From positions 434,001 to 498,000 of the forward strand of contig NW_027590224.1 of the NCBI RefSeq assembly GCF_964213995.1: a DNA stretch of 64,000 nucleotides, given 5' to 3'. The position numbers and the translations under genes were made by a program. The notes below the pieces were generated by a model, which ran no database searches, was not told where the DNA came from, and saw only the letters and a list, made by a program, of their open reading frames with translations. The stretch comes from Mustelus asterias. Its lineage: Eukaryota. Each line of letters begins with the position of its first letter. The first letter of the stretch is position 1. Of this stretch, positions 48,001-63,000 are shown piece after piece.

Positions 48001-51000
48001 GTACTGAGGGAGTGCCGCACTGCAAGACGGTTGATAGTGAGGGAGTGCCGCGCTGTCAGGGGGTCAGTCCTGAGGGAGCGCCAGACTGTCAGAGGGTCAG
48101 AAGAGGGAGTGCTGCACTGTCAGAGGGTCAGTACTGAGGGAGTGCCGCACTGTCAGAGGTTCAGTACAGAGGAAGTGCCGCACTGTCAGAGAGTCAGTAC
48201 AGAGGGAGTGATGCACTGTCAAAGGGTCAGCACTGAGGGAGTGCCGCACTGTTAGAGGGTCTGTACTGAGGGAGCACCGCACTGCCAGAGGGAGTGCTGC
48301 ACTGTCAGAGGGTCAGGACTGATGGGGTGCCGCACTGTGGCAGGGTCTGTGCTGAGTGAGTGCTGCACTGTGGGAGGGTCAGTGCTGAGTGAGTGCTGCA
48401 CTGTCAGAGGGTCAGCACTGAGGGAATGCCGTACTGTCAGAGGGTCAGTACAGAGAGAGTGCCGCACTGTCAGAGGGTCAGTCCAGAGGGAGTGCCACAC
48501 TGTCAGAGGGTCAGTACTCAGGGTGAGCTGCACTGTGAGAGGGTCAGTGCTGAGAGAGTGCCGCACTGTCAGAGGGTCAGTACTGAGGGAGTGCTGCACT
48601 GTCAGAGGGTCAGTACTGAGGGAGTGCCGCACTGTTCGAGGGTCAGTGCTGAGGGAGTGCCGCACTGTCAGAGGGTCAGTGCCGAGGGAGTGCCTTACTG
48701 TCAGAGGGTCAGTACTGAGAGAGTGCCGCACTGAGAGAGGGTCAGTACTGAGGGAGAGCTGCACTGTGAGAGGGTCAGTACTGAGTGAGTGCCGTATTGT
48801 CAGAGGGTCAGTACTGAGGGAGAGCCGCACTGTCAGAGGGTCAGTACTGAGGGAGTGCCGCACTGTCAGAGGGTCAGTACTGAGGGAGAGGTGCATTGTC
48901 AGAGGGTCAGTACTGAGGGAATGCCGTATTTTCAGAGGGTCAGTACAGAGGGAGTGCCCCACTGTCAGAGGGTCAGTGCTGAGGGAGTGCTGCACTGTCA
49001 GAGGTTCAGTCCTGAGGGAGTGCTGCACTGTCAGAGGGTCAGTACTAAGGGAGTGCCGCACTGTCAGAGGGTCAGTACTGAGGGAGTGCTGCACTGTCAG
49101 AGGGTCAGAACTGAGAGAGTGCCCCACTGTCAGAGGGTCAGTATTGCCGCACTCCCAGAGGGTCACTACAGAGGGAGTGCCGCACTGTCAGAGAGTCAGT
49201 ACTGAGGGAGTGATGCACTGTCAAAGGGTCAGTACTGACGGACTGCCGCACTGTGAGAGGGTCTGTACTGAGGGAGCACCGCACTGCCAGAGGGTGTGCT
49301 GCACTGTCAGAGGGTCAGGACTGAGGGGGTGCCGCACTGTGGGAGGGTCAGTACTCAGGGAGTGCCGCACTGTCAGAGGGTCAGAGCTGAGGGAGTGCTG
49401 CATTGTGAAAGGGTCAGTACTGAGGGAGTGCCGCACTGTCAGAGGATCAGTACTGAGGGAGTGCCGCACTGTCAAAGGGTCAGTACTGAGGGAGTGCCGC
49501 ACTGTCAGAGGGTCAGTACTGAGGGAGAGCTGCACTGTCAGAGGGTCAGTACTGAGGGCGTGCTGCACTGTCAGAGAGTCAGTGCTGAGTGAGTGCCGTA
49601 TTGTCAGAGGGTCAGTACTGAGGGAGAGCCGCACTGTCAGAGGGTCTGTCCTGAGGGAGCACTGCACTGTCAGGGGGAGTGCTGCACTGTCAGAGGGCCA
49701 GGACTGAGGGGGTGCCGCACAGTCAGAGGGTCAGTACTGAGGGAGTGCCGCACTGTCAGAGGGTCAGTACTAAGGGAGAGGTGCATTGTCAGAGGGTCAG
49801 TACTGAGGGAATGCCGTATTTTCAGAGGGTCAGTACAGAGGGAGTGCCCCACTGTCAGAGGGCCAGGACTGAGGGGGTGCCGCACAGTCAGAGGGTCAGT
49901 ACTGAGGGAGTGCCGCACTGTCAGAGGGTCAGTACTGAGGGAGAGGTGCATTGTCAGAGGGTCAGTACTGAGGGAATGCCGTATTTTCAGAGGGTCAGTA
50001 CAGAGGGAGTGCCCCACTGTCAGAGGGTCAGTGCTGAGGGAGTGCTGCACTGTCAGAGGTTCAGTCCTGAGGGAGTGCTGCACTGTCAGAGGGTCAGTAC
50101 TAAGGGAGTGCCGCACTATCAGAGGGTCAGTACTGAGGGAGTGCCGCACTGCTAGACGGTTGATAGTGAGGGAGTGCTGCACTGTCAGAGGGTCAGTATT
50201 GAGGAATTGCTACATTGACAGCGGGTCAGTACTGAGGGAGTGCCGCGCTGTCAGGGGGTCAGTCCTGAGGGAGCGCCAGACTGTCGAACGGTCAGAAGAG
50301 GGAGTGCGGCACTGTCAGAGGGTCAGTACTGAGGGAGCACCGCACTGTCAGAGGGAGTGCCGCACTGTCAGAGGGTCAGAACTGAGGGAGTGCCGCACTG
50401 TCAGAGGGTCAGTACTGAGGGAGTGCCGCACTGTCAGAGGGTCAGTACTGAGGGAGCACCGCACTGTCAGAGGGAGTGCCGCACTGTCAGAGGGTCAGAA
50501 CTGAGGGAGTGCCGCACTGTCAGAGGGTCAGTGCTGAGGGAGTGCCGCACTGTCAGAGGGTCAGTACTGAGGGAGTGCCGCACTGTCAGAGGGTCAGGAC
50601 TGAGGGAGTGCAGCACTGTCAGAGGGTCAGTGCTGAGGGAGTGCTGCACTGTCAGAGGGTCAGTACTGAGGGAGTGCCGCACTATTCGAGGGTCAGCACT
50701 GAGGAACTGCCGCACTGTCAGAGGGTCAGTACTGAGGGAGTGCCGCACTATTCGAGGGTCAGCACTGAGGAACTGCCGCGCTGTCAGGGGGTCAGTCCTG
50801 AGGGAGCGCCAGACTGTCGAACGGTCAGAAGAGGGAGTGCTGCACTGTCAGAGGGTCAGTACTGAGGGAGCACCGCACTGTCAGAGGGAGTGCCGCACTG
50901 TCAGAGGGTCAGAACTGAGGGAGTGCCGCACTGTCAGAGGGTCAGTACTGAGGGAGTGCCGCACTGTCAGAGGGTCAGTACTGAGGGAGTGCAGCACTGT

Positions 51001-54000
51001 CAGAGGGTCAGTACTGAGGGAGTGCCGCACTGTCAGAGGGTCAGCATTGAGGGAGTGCCGCACTGTCAGAGGGTCAGCATTGAGGGAGGGCCGCACTGTC
51101 AGAGGGTCAGTACTGAGGAAGTGCTACGTTGACAGAGGGTCAGCACAGAGGGAGTGCCGCACTGTCAGAGGGTCAGTATTGAGGAAGTGCTACGTTGACA
51201 GAGGGTCAGCACAGAGGGAGTGCCGCGCTGTCAGGGGGTCAGTCCTGAGGGAGTGCCAGACTGTCAGAGGGTCAGTACTGAGGGAGTGCCGCACTGTCAG
51301 AGGGTCAGTAATGAGGGAGTGCCGCACTGTCAGAGAGTCAGTACTGAGGGAGTGCTGCATTGTCAGAGGGTCAGTGCTGAGGGAGTGCTGCACTGTCAGA
51401 GAGTCAGTACTGAGGGAGTGCTGCACTGTCAGAGGGTCAGTACTGAGGGAGTGCCGCATTGTCAGAGGGTCAGTACTGAGGGAGTGCCTCACTGTCAGAG
51501 GGTCAGTACTGAGGGAGTGCCGCACTGCAAGACGGTTGATAGTGAGGGAGTGCCGCGCTGTCAGGGGGTCAGTCCTGAGGGAGCGCCAGACTGTCAGAGG
51601 GTCAGAAGAGGGAGTGCTGCACTGTCAGAGGGTCAGTACTGAGGGAGTGCCGCACTGTCAGAGGTTCAGTACAGAGGAAGTGCCGCACTGTCAGAGAGTC
51701 AGTACAGAGGGAGTGATGCACTGTCAAAGGGTCAGCACTGAGGGAGTGCCGCACTGTTAGAGGGTCAGTACTGAGGGAGCACCGCACTGCCAGAGGGAGT
51801 GCTGCACTGTCAGAGGGTCAGGACTGATGGGGTGCCGCACTGTGGCAGGGTCTGTGCTGAGTGAGTGCTGCACTGTGGGAGGGTCAGTGCTGAGTGAGTG
51901 CCGCACTGTCAGAGGGTCAGCACTGAGGGAATGCCGTACTGTCAGAGGGTCAGTACAGAGAGAGTGCCGCACTGTCAGAGGGTCAGTCCAGAGGGAGTGC
52001 CACACTGTCAGAGGGTCAGTACTGAGGGAGTGCTGCACTGTCAGAGGGTCAGTACTGAGGGAGTGCCGCACTGTCAGAGGGTCAGTGCTGAGGGAGTGCC
52101 GCACTGTCAGAGGGTCAGTGCCGAGGGAGTGCCTTACTGTCAGAGGGTCAGTACTGAGAGAGTGCCGCACTGTCAGAGGGTCAGTACTGAGGGAGTGCTG
52201 CACTGTCAGAGGGTCAGTACTGAGGGAGTGCCGCACTGTCAGAGGGTCAGTGCTGAGGGAGTGCCGCACTGTCAGAGGGTCAGTGCCGAGGGAGTGCCTT
52301 ACTGTCAGAGGGTCAGTACTGAGAGAGTGCCGCACTGAGAGAGGGTCAGTACTGAGGGAGAGCTGCACTGTGAGAGGGTCAGTACTGAGTGAGTGCCGTA
52401 TTGTCAGAGGGACAGTACTGAGGGAGAGCCGCACTGTCAGAGGGTCTGTGCTGAGGGAGCACTGCACTGTCAGGGGGAGTGCTGCACTGTCAGAGGGCCA
52501 GGACTGAGGGGGTGCCGCACAGTCAGAGGGTCAGTACTGAGGGAGTGCCGCACTGTCAGAGGGTCAGTACTGAGGGAGAGGTGCATTGTCAGAGGGTCAG
52601 TACTGAGGGAATGCCGTATTTTCAGAGGGTCAGTACAGAGGGAGTGCCCCACTGTCAGAGGGTCAGTGCTGAGGGAGTGCTGCACTGTCAGAGGTTCAGT
52701 ACTGAGGGAGTGCCGCATTGTCAGAGGCTCAGTACTGAGGGAGTGCCTCACTGTCAGAGAGTCAGTACTGAGGGAGTGCTGCACTGTCAGAGGGTCAGTA
52801 CTGAGGGAGTGCCGCATTGTCAGAGGGTCAGTACTGAGGGAGTGCCTCACTGTCAGAGGGTCAGTACTGAGGGAGTGCCGCACTGCAAGACGGTTGATAG
52901 TGAGGGAGTGCCGCGCTGTCAGGGGGTCAGTCCTGAGGGAGCGCCAGACTGTCAGAGGGTCAGAAGAGGGAGTGCTGCACTGTCAGAGGGTCAGTACTGA
53001 GGGAGTGCCGCACTGTCAGAGGTTCAGTACAGAGGAAGTGCCGCACTGTCAGAGAGTCAGTACAGAGGGAGTGATGCACTGTCAAAGGGTCAGCACTGAG
53101 GGAGTGCCGCACTGTTAGAGGGTCTGTACTGAGGGAGCACCGCACTGCCAGAGGGAGTGCTGCACTGTCAGAGGGTCAGGACTGATGGGGTGCCGCACTG
53201 TGGCAGGGTCTGTGCTGAGTGAGTGCTGCACTGTGGGAGGGTCAGTGCTGAGTGAGTGCTGCACTGTGGGAGGGTCAGTGCTGAGTGAGTGCTGCACTGT
53301 CAGAGGGTCAGCACTGAGGGAATGCCGTACTGTCAGAGGGTCAGTACAGAGAGAGTGCCGCACTGTCAGAGGGTCAGTCCAGAGGGAGTGCCACACTGTC
53401 AGAGGGTCAGTACTCAGGGTGAGCTGCACTGTGAGAGGGTCAGTGCTGAGAGAGTGCCGCACTGTCAGAGGGTCAGTACTGAGGGAGTGCTGCACTGTCA
53501 GAGGGTCAGTACTGAGGGAGTGCCGCACTGTTCGAGGGTCAGTGCTGAGGGAGTGCCGCACTGTCAGAGGGTCAGTGCCGAGGGAGTGCCTTACTGTCAG
53601 AGGGTCAGTACTGAGAGAGTGCCGCACTGAGAGAGGGTCAGTACTGAGGGAGAGCTGCACTGTGAGAGGGTCAGTACTGAGTGAGTGCCGTATTGTCAGA
53701 GGGTCAGTACTGAGGGAGAGCCGCACTGTCAGAGGGTCTGTGCTGAGGGAGCACTGCACTGTCAGGGGGAGTGCTGCACTGTCAGAGGGCCAGGACTGAG
53801 GGGGTGCCGCACAGTCAGAGGGTCAGTACTGAGGGAGTGCCGCACTGTCAGAGGGTCAGTACTGAGGGAGAGGTGCATTGTCAGAGGGTCAGTACTGAGG
53901 GAATGCCGTATTTTCAGAGGGTCAGTACAGAGGGAGTGCCCCACTGTCAGAGGGTCAGTGCTGAGGGAGTGCTGCACTGTCAGAGGTTCAGTACTGAGGG

Positions 54001-57000
54001 AGTGCTGCACTGTCAGAGGTTCAGTACTGAGGGAGTGCTGCACTGTCAGAGGGTCAGTACTAAGGGAGTGCCGCACTGTCAGAGGGTCAGTACTGAGGGA
54101 GTGCTGCACTGTCAGAGGGTCAGAACTGAGAGAGTGCCCCACTGTCAGAGGGTCAGTATTGCCGCACTCCCAGAGGGTCACTACAGAGGGAGTGCCGCAC
54201 TGTCAGAGAGTCAGTACTGAGGGAGTGATGCACTGTCAAAGGGTCAGTACTGACGGACTGCCGCACTGTGAGAGGGTCTGTACTGAGGGAGCACCGCACT
54301 GCCAGAGGGTGTGCTGCACTGTCAGAGGGTCAGGACTGAGGGGGTGCCGCACTGTGGGAGGGTCAGTACTCAGGGAGTGCCGCACTGTCAGAGGGTCAGA
54401 GCTGAGGGAGTGCTGCATTGTGAAAGGGTCAGTACTGAGGGAGTGCCGCACTGTCAGAGGATCAGTACTGAGGGAGTGCCGCACTGTCAAAGGGTCAGTA
54501 CTGAGGGAGTGCCGCACTGTCAGAGGGTCAGTACTGAGGGAGTGCCGCACTGTCAAAGGGTCAGTACTGAGGGAGTGCCGCACTGTCAGAGGGTCAGTAC
54601 TGAGGGAGAGCTGCACTGTCAGAGGGTCAGTACTGAGGGCGTGCTGCACTGTCAGAGAGTCAGTGCTGAGTGAGTGCCGTATTGTCAGAGGGTCAGTACT
54701 GAGGGAGTGCCGCACTGTCAGAGGGTCTGTCCTGAGGGAGCACTGCACTGTCGGGGGGAGTGCTGCACTGTCAGAGGGCCAGGACTGAGGGGGTGCCGCA
54801 CAGTCAGAGGGTCAGTACTGAGGGAGTGCCGCACTGTCAGAGGGTCAGTACTAAGGGAGAGGTGCATTGTCAGAGGGTCAGTACTGAGGGAATGCCGTAT
54901 TTTCAGAGGGTCAGTACAGAGGGAGTGCCCCACTGTCAGAGGGCCAGGACTGAGGGGGTGCCGCACAGTCAGAGGGTCAGTACTGAGGGAGTGCCGCACT
55001 GTCAGAGGGTCAGTACTGAGGGAGAGGTGCATTGTCAGAGGGTCAGTACTGAGGGAATGCCGTATTTTCAGAGGGTCAGTACAGAGGGAGTGCCCCACTG
55101 TCAGAGGGTCAGTGCTGAGGGAGTGCTGCACTGTCAGAGGTTCAGTACTGAGGGAGTGCTGCACTGTCAGAGGGTCAGAACTGAGAGAGTGCCCCACTGT
55201 CAGAGGGTCAGTATTGAGGGAGTGCCGCACTGCTAGACGGTTGATAGTGAGGGAGTGCTGCACTGTCAGAGGGTCAGTATTGAGGAATTGCTACATTGAC
55301 AGCGGGTCAGTACTGAGGGAGTGCCGCGCTGTCAGGGGGTCAGTCCTGAGGGAGCGCCAGACTGTCGAACGGTCAGAAGAGGGAGTGCGGCACTGTCAGA
55401 GGGTCAGTACTGAGGGAGCACCGCACTGTCAGAGGGAGTGCCGCACTGTCAGAGGGTCAGAACTGAGGGAGTGCCGCACTGTCAGAGGGTCAGTACTGAG
55501 GGAGCACCGCACTGTCAGAGGGAGTGCCGCACTGTCAGAGGGTCAGAACTGAGGGAGTGCCGCACTGTCAGAGGGTCAGTGCTGAGGGAGTGCCGCACTG
55601 TCAGAGGGTCAGTACTGAGGGAGTGCCGCACTGTCAGAGGGTCAGGACTGAGGGAGTGCAGCACTGTCAGAGGGTCAGTGCTGAGGGAGTGCTGCACTGT
55701 CAGAGGGTCAGTACTGAGGGAGTGCCGCACTATTCGAGGGTCAGCACTGAGGAACTGCCGCACTGTCAGAGGGTCAGTACTGAGGGAGTGCCGCACTATT
55801 CGAGGGTCAGCACTGAGGAACTGCCGCGCTGTCAGGGGGTCAGTCCTGAGGGAGCGCCAGACTGTCGAACGGTCAGAAGAGGGAGTGCTGCACTGTCAGA
55901 GGGTCAGTACTGAGGGAGCACCGCACTGTCAGAGGGAGTGCCGCACTGTCAGAGGGTCAGAACTGAGGGAGTGCCGCACTGTCAGAGGGTCAGTACTGAG
56001 GGAGTGCCGCACTGTCAGAGGGTCAGTACTGAGGGAGTGCAGCACTGTCAGAGGGTCAGTACTGAGGGAGTGCCGCACTGTCAGAGGGTCAGCATTGAGG
56101 GAGTGCCGCACTGTCAGAGGGTCAGCATTGAGGGAGGGCCGCACTGTCAGAGGGTCAGTACTGAGGAAGTGCTACGTTGACAGAGGGTCAGCACAGAGGG
56201 AGTGCCGCACTGTCAGAGGGTCAGTATTGAGGAAGTGCTACGTTGACAGAGGGTCAGCACAGAGGGAGTGCCGCGCTGTCAGGGGGTCAGTCCTGAGGGA
56301 GTGCCAGACTGTCAGAGGGTCAGTACTGAGGGAGTGCCGCACTGTCAGAGGGTCAGTAATGAAGGAGTGCCGCACTGTCAGAGAGTCAGTACTGAGGGAG
56401 TGCTGCACTGTCAGAGGGTCAGTACTGAGGGAGTGCTGCACTGTCAGAGAGTCAGTACTGAGGGAGTGCTGCACTGTCAGAGGGTCAGTACTGAGGGAGT
56501 GCCGCATTGTCAGAGGGTCAGTACTGAGGGAGTGCCTCACTGTCAGAGGGTCAGTACTGAGGGAGTGCCGCACTGCAAGACGGTTGATAGTGAGGGAGTG
56601 CCGCGCTGTCAGGGGGTCAGTCCTGAGGGAGCGCCAGACTGTCAGAGGGTCAGAAGAGGGAGTGCTGCACTGTCAGAGGGTCAGTACTGAGGGAGTGCCG
56701 CACTGTCAGAGGTTCAGTACAGAGGAAGTGCCGCACTGTCAGAGAGTCAGTACAGAGGGAGTGATGCACTGTCAAAGGGTCAGCACTGAGGGAGTGCCGC
56801 ACTGTTAGAGGGTCTGTACTGAGGGAGCACCGCACTGCCAGAGGGAGTGCTGCACTGTCAGAGGGTCAGTCCAGAGGGAGTGCCACACTGTCAGAGGGTC
56901 AGTACTCAGGGTGAGCTGCACTGTGAGAGGGTCAGTGCTGAGAGAGTGCCGCACTGTCAGAGGGTCAGTACTGAGGGAGTGCTGCACTGTCAGAGGGTCA

Positions 57001-60000
57001 GTACTGAGGGAGTGCCGCACTGTCAGAGGGTCAGTGCTGAGGGAGTGCCGCACTGTCAGAGGGTCAGTGCCGAGGGAGTGCCTTACTGTCAGAGGGTCAG
57101 TACTGAGAGAGTGCCGCACTGAGAGAGGGTCAGTACTGAGGGAGAGCTGCACTGTGAGAGGGTCAGTACTGAGTGAGTGCCGTATTGTCAGAGGGACAGT
57201 ACTGAGGGAGAGCCGCACTGTCAGAGGGTCTGTGCTGAGGGAGCACTGCACTGTCAGGGGGAGTGCTGCACTGTCAGAGGGCCAGGACTGAGGGGGTGCC
57301 GCACAGTCAGAGGGTCAGTACTGAGGGAGTGCCGCACTGTCAGAGGGTCAGTACTGAGGGAGAGGTGCATTGTCAGAGGGTCAGTACTGAGGGAATGCCG
57401 TATTTTCAGAGGGTCAGTACAGAGGGAGTGCCCCACTGTCAGAGGGTCAGTGCTGAGGGAGTGCTGCACTGTCAGAGGTTCAGTACTGAGGGAGTGCTGC
57501 ACTGTCAGAGGTTCAGTACTGAGGGAGTGCTGCACTGTCAGAGGGTCAGTACTAAGGGAGTGCCGCACTGTCAGAGGGTCAGTACTGAGGGAGTGCTGCA
57601 CTGTCAGAGGGTCAGAACTGAGAGAGTGCCCCACTGTCAGAGGGTCAGTATTGAGGGAGTGCCGCACTGCTAGACGGTTGATAGTGAGCGAGTGCTGCAC
57701 TGTCAGAGGGTCAGTATTGAGGAATTGCTACATTGACAGAGGGTCAGTACTGAGGGAGTGCCGCGCTGTCAGGGGGTCAGTCCTGAGGGAGCTCCAGACT
57801 GTCTGACGGTCAGAAGAGGGAGTGCTGCACTGTCAGAGGGTCAGTACTGAGGGAGTGCCGCACTGTCAGAGGGTCAGAACTGAGGGAGTGCCGCACTGTC
57901 AGAGGGTCAGTACTGAGGGAGTGCCGCACTGTCAGAGGGTCAGTAGTGAGGGAGTGCAGCACTGTCAGAGGGTCTGTACTGAGGGAGTGCTGCACTGTCA
58001 GCGGGTCAGTATTGAGGAAGTGCTACGTTGACAGAGGGTCAGCACAGAGGGAGTGCGGCGCTGTCAGGGGGTCAGTCCTGAGGGAGTGACAGACTGTCAG
58101 AGGGTCAGTACTGAGGGAGTGCCGCACTGTCAGAGGGTCAGTAATGAGGGAGTGCCGCACTGTCAGAGAGTCAGTACTGAGGGAGTGCTGCACTGTCAGA
58201 GGGTCAGTACTGACGGAGTACCGCATTGTCAGAGGGTCAGTACTGAGGGAGTGCCTCACTGTCAGAGGGTCAGTACTGAGGGAGTGCCGCACTGTCAGAG
58301 GGTCAGTACTGAGGGAGTGCCGCACTGCAAGACGGTTGATAGTGAGGGAGTGCCGCGCTGTCAGGGGGTCAGTCCTGAGGGAGCGCCAGACTGTCAGAGG
58401 GTCAGTACTGAGGGAGTGCTGCACTGTCAGAGGATCAGTACTGAGGGAGTACCGCATTGTCAGAGGGTCAGTACTGAGGGAGTGCTGCACTGTCAGAGGG
58501 TCAGTACTGAGGGAGTACCGCATTGTCAGAGGGTCAGTACTGAGGGAGTGCCGCACTGTCAGAGGATCAGTACTGAGGGAGTGCCGCACTGTCAGAGGGT
58601 CAGAAGAGGGAGTGCTGCACTGCCAGAGGGTCAGTACTGAAGGAGTGCCGCACTGTCAGAGGGTCAGTACAGAGGAAGTGCCGCACTGTCAGAGAGTCAG
58701 TACTTGGGAGTGATGCACTGTCAAAGGGTCAGCACTGAGGGAGTGCCGCACTGTTCGAGGGTCTGTACTGAGGGAGCACCGCACTGCCAGAGGGAGTGCT
58801 GCACTGTCAGAGGGTCAGGACTGATGGGGTGCCGCACTGTGGCAGGGTCTGTGCTGAGTGAGTGCTGCACTGTGGGAGGGTCAGTGCTGAGTGAGTGCTG
58901 CACTGTCAGAGGGTCAGCACTGAGGTAATGCCGTACTGTCAGAGGGTCAGTACAGAGAGAGTGCCGCACTGTCCGAGGGTCAGTCGAGAGGGGGTGCCAC
59001 ACTGTCAGAGGGTCAGTACTCAGGGTGAGCTGCACTGTGAGAGGGTCAGTGCTGAGAGAGTGCCGCACTGTCAGAGGGTCAGTACTGATGGAGTGCTGCA
59101 CTGTCAGAGGGTCAGTACTGAGGGAGTGCCGCACTGTTCGAGGGTCAGTGCTGAGGGAGTGCCGCACTGTCAGAGGGTCAGTGCCAAGGGAGTGCCATCC
59201 TGTCAGAGGGTCAGTACTGAGAGAGTGCCGCACTGATAGAGTGTCAGTACTGAGGGAGAGCTGCACTGTCAGAGGGTCAGTACTGAGGGAGTGCCGCACT
59301 GTCAGAGGGTCAGTACTGAGGGAGTGCTGCACTGTCAGAGGGACAGTGCTGAGGGAGTGCCGCACTGTCAGAGGGAGTGTCAGAGGGTCAGTGCTGAGGG
59401 AGTGCTGCACTGTCAGAGGTTCAGTCCTGAGGGAGTGCCGCACTGTCAGAGGGTCAGGACTGAAGGAGTGCCGCACTGTCAGAGGGTCAGTATTGAGTGA
59501 GTGCCGCACTGTCAGTGGGTCAGTCCTGAGGGAGCGCCAGACTGTCAGTGGGTCAGTCCTGAGGGAGCGCCAGACTGTCAGAGGGTCAGAAGAGGGAGTG
59601 CTGCACTGTCAGAGGGTCAGTACTGAGGGAGTGCCGCACTGTCAGAGGGTCAGTACAGAGGAAGTGATGCACTGTCAAAGGGTCAGCACTGAGGGAGTGC
59701 CGCACTGTTAGAGGGTCTGTACTGAGGGAGCACCGCACTGCCAGAGGGTGTGCTGCACTGTCAGAGGGTCAGGACTGAGGGGGTGCTGCACTGTGGCAGG
59801 ATCAGTGCTGAGTGAGTGCTGCACTGTGGGAGAGTCAGTGCTGAGTGAGCGCTGCAATGTCAGAGGGTCAGCACTGAGGGAGTGCCGCACTGTCAGAGGG
59901 TCAGTACAGAGAGAGTGCCGCACTGTCAGAGGGTCAGTCCAGAGGGAGTGCCACACTGTCAGAGGGTCAGTACTCAGGGTGAGCTGCACTGTGAGAGGGT

Positions 60001-63000
60001 CAGTGCTGAGGGAGTGCCGCACTGTCAGAGAGTCTGTACTGAGGGAGCACCGCACTGTCAGAGGCTCAGTACAGAGGGAGTGCCGCACTGTCCGAGGGTC
60101 AGTACAGAGGGAGTGCCGCACTGTCAGAGGGTCAGTACTGAGGGAGTGCCGCACTGTCAGAGGGTCAGTACTGAGTGAGTGCTGCACTGTGGGAGGGTCA
60201 GTACTGAGGGAGTGCCACACTGTCAGAGGGTCAGTACTGAGTGAGTGCTGCACTGTGGGAGGGTCAGTACTGAGGGAGTGCCGCACTGTCAGAGGGTCAG
60301 TACTGAGTGAGTGCTGCACTGTGGGAGGGTCAGTACTGAGGGAGTGCCGCACTGTCAGAGGGTCAGTACTGAGTGAGTGCTGCACTGTGGGAGGGTCAGT
60401 ACTGAGGGAGTGCCGCACTGTCGGAGGGTCAGTACTGAGGGAGTGCTGCACTGTCAGAGGGTCAGTACTGAGGGAGTGCCCCACTGTCAGAGGGTCAGTC
60501 CAGAGGGAGTGCCACACTGTCAGAGGGTCAGTACAGAGGGAGTGCCGCACTGTCAGAGGGTCAGTACAGAGGGAGTGCCGCACTGTCAGAGGGTCAGTAC
60601 TGAGGGAGTGTCGCACTGTCAGAGGGTCAGTACTGAGGGAGTGCCCCACTGTCAGAGGGTCAGTCCAGAGGGAGTGCCACACTGTCAGAGGGTCAGTACA
60701 GAGGGAGTGCCGCACTGTCAGAGGGTCAGTACAGAGGGAGTGCCGCACTGTCCGAGGGTCAGTACTGAGGGCGTGCCGCACTGCTAGACGGTTGATGGCG
60801 AAGGAGTGCTGCACTGTCAGAGGGTCAGTATTGAGGAATTGCTACATTGACAGAGGGTCAGCACAGAGGGAGCGCCGCACTGTCAGGGGGTCAGTCCTGA
60901 GGGAACGCCAGACTGTCAGTGGGTCAGAAGAGGGAGTGCTGCACTGTCAGAGGGTCAGTACTGAGGGAGTGCTGCACTGTCAGAGAGTCAGGACTGAGTG
61001 AGTGCCGTACTGTCAGTGGGTCAGTACTGAGGGAGTGCCGCACTGTCAGAGGGTCAGGACTGAGGGGGTGCCGCACAGTGGGAGGGTCGGTACTGAGGGA
61101 GTGCTGCACTGTCAGGGGGTCAGTACTGAGGGAGTGCCGCACTGTCAGAGGGTCAGTGCTGAGGGAGTGCTTTACTGTCAGAGGGTCAGTACTGAGGGAG
61201 TGCCGCACTGTTCGAGGGTCAGGACTGAGTGAGTGCTGCACCGTCAGAGGGTCAGTGCTGAGGGAGTGCCGCACTGTCAGAGGGTCAGTACTGAGGGAGT
61301 GCTGCACTGTCAGAGGGTCAGTACTGAGGGAGTGCCGCACTGTCAGAGGGACAGTGCTGAGGGAGTGCCGCACTGTCAGAGGGTCAGTACTGAGGGAGTG
61401 CCGCACTGTCAGAGGGACAGTACTGAGGGAGTACCGTAATGTCAGAGGGTCGGTACTGAGGGAGTGCTGCACTATCAGAGGGTCAGTACTGAGGGAGTGC
61501 CGCACTGTTAGAGGGTCAGTACTGAGGGAGAGCCGCACTGTTAGAGGATCAGTCCTGAGGGAGTGCCGCACTGTCAGAGGGTCAGTACTGAAGGAGTGCG
61601 GCACTGTGGGAGAGTCAGTACTGAGGGAATGTTGCACTGTTAGTGGGTCAGTACTGAGGGAGTACTGCACTGTCAGAGGGTCAGTATTGAGGGAGTGCTG
61701 TTCTGTGCGAGGATCAGAACTGAGGAAGTGCCGCACTGTCAGATGGTCAGTACAGAGGGAGTGATGCACTGTCAAAGGGTCAGCACTGAGGGAGTGCCGC
61801 ACTGTTAGAGGGTCTTTATTGAGGGAGCACCGCTCTGCCAGAGGGTGTGCTGCACTGTCAGAGGGTCAGAGCTGAGGGAGTGCTGCACTGTCAGAGGGTC
61901 AGGACTGAGGGGATGCCGCACAGTCGGAGGGTCAGTACTGAGGGAGTGCCGCACCGTCAGAGGGTCAGAGCTGAGGGAGTGCTGCACTGTCAGATGGTCA
62001 GTACTGAGGGAGTGCTGCACTGTCAGAGGGTCAGGACTGAGTGAGTGCTGCACTGTGGGAGGGTCAGTACTGAGGGAGTGCCGCACTGTCAGAGGGTCAG
62101 AAATGAGGGAGTGCTGCACTGTCAGAGGGTCAGTACTGAGGGAGTGCCGCACTGTCAGAGGATCAGTCCAGAGGGAGTGCCCTACTGTCAGAGGGTCAGT
62201 ACTCGGGTCTGCCCCATTTTCAGAGGGTCAGTACAGAGGGAGTGCCGCACTGTCAGAGAGTCAGTACTGAGGGAATGCTGCACTGTCAGAGGGTCAGCAT
62301 TGAGGGAGTGCCGCACTGTCAGAGGGTCAGTACTGAGGCAGCTCCGCACTGTCAAAAGATCAGTACTTAGTGGGTACTGCACTGTCAGAGGGTCAGAGCT
62401 GAGGGAGTGCCGCACTGTGGGAAGGTCAGTGCTGAGGGAGTGCCGCACTGTCAGAGGGTCAGTACGGAGGGAGCACCGCACTGTCAGGGGGTCAGTACTG
62501 AGGGAGGGCTGCACTGTGGTAGGGTCAGTACTGAGGGAGGGCTGCACTGTGGGAGGGTCAGTGCTGAGGGAGTGCTGCACTGTCAGAGGGTCAGTATTGA
62601 GGGAGTGCTGTTCTGTGCGAGGGTTAGAACTGAGGAAGTGCCGCACTGTCAGACGGTCAGTACAGAGGGAGTGATGCACTGTCAAAGGGTCAGCACTGAG
62701 GGAGTGCCGCACTGTTAGAGGCTCTGTATTGAGGGAGCACCGCTCTGCCAGAGGGTGTGCTGCACTGTCAGAGGGTCAGAGCTGAGGGAGTGCTGCACTG
62801 TCAGAGGGTCAGGACTGAGGGGATGCCGCACAGTCAGAGGGTCAGAGCTGAGGGAGTGCTGCACTGTCAGATGGTCAGTACTGAGGGAGTGCTGCACTGT
62901 CAGAGGGTCAGGACTGAGTGAGTGCTGCACTGTGGGAGGGTCAGTACTGAGGGAGTGCCGCACTGTCAGAGGGTCAGAAATGAGGGAGTGCTGCACTGTC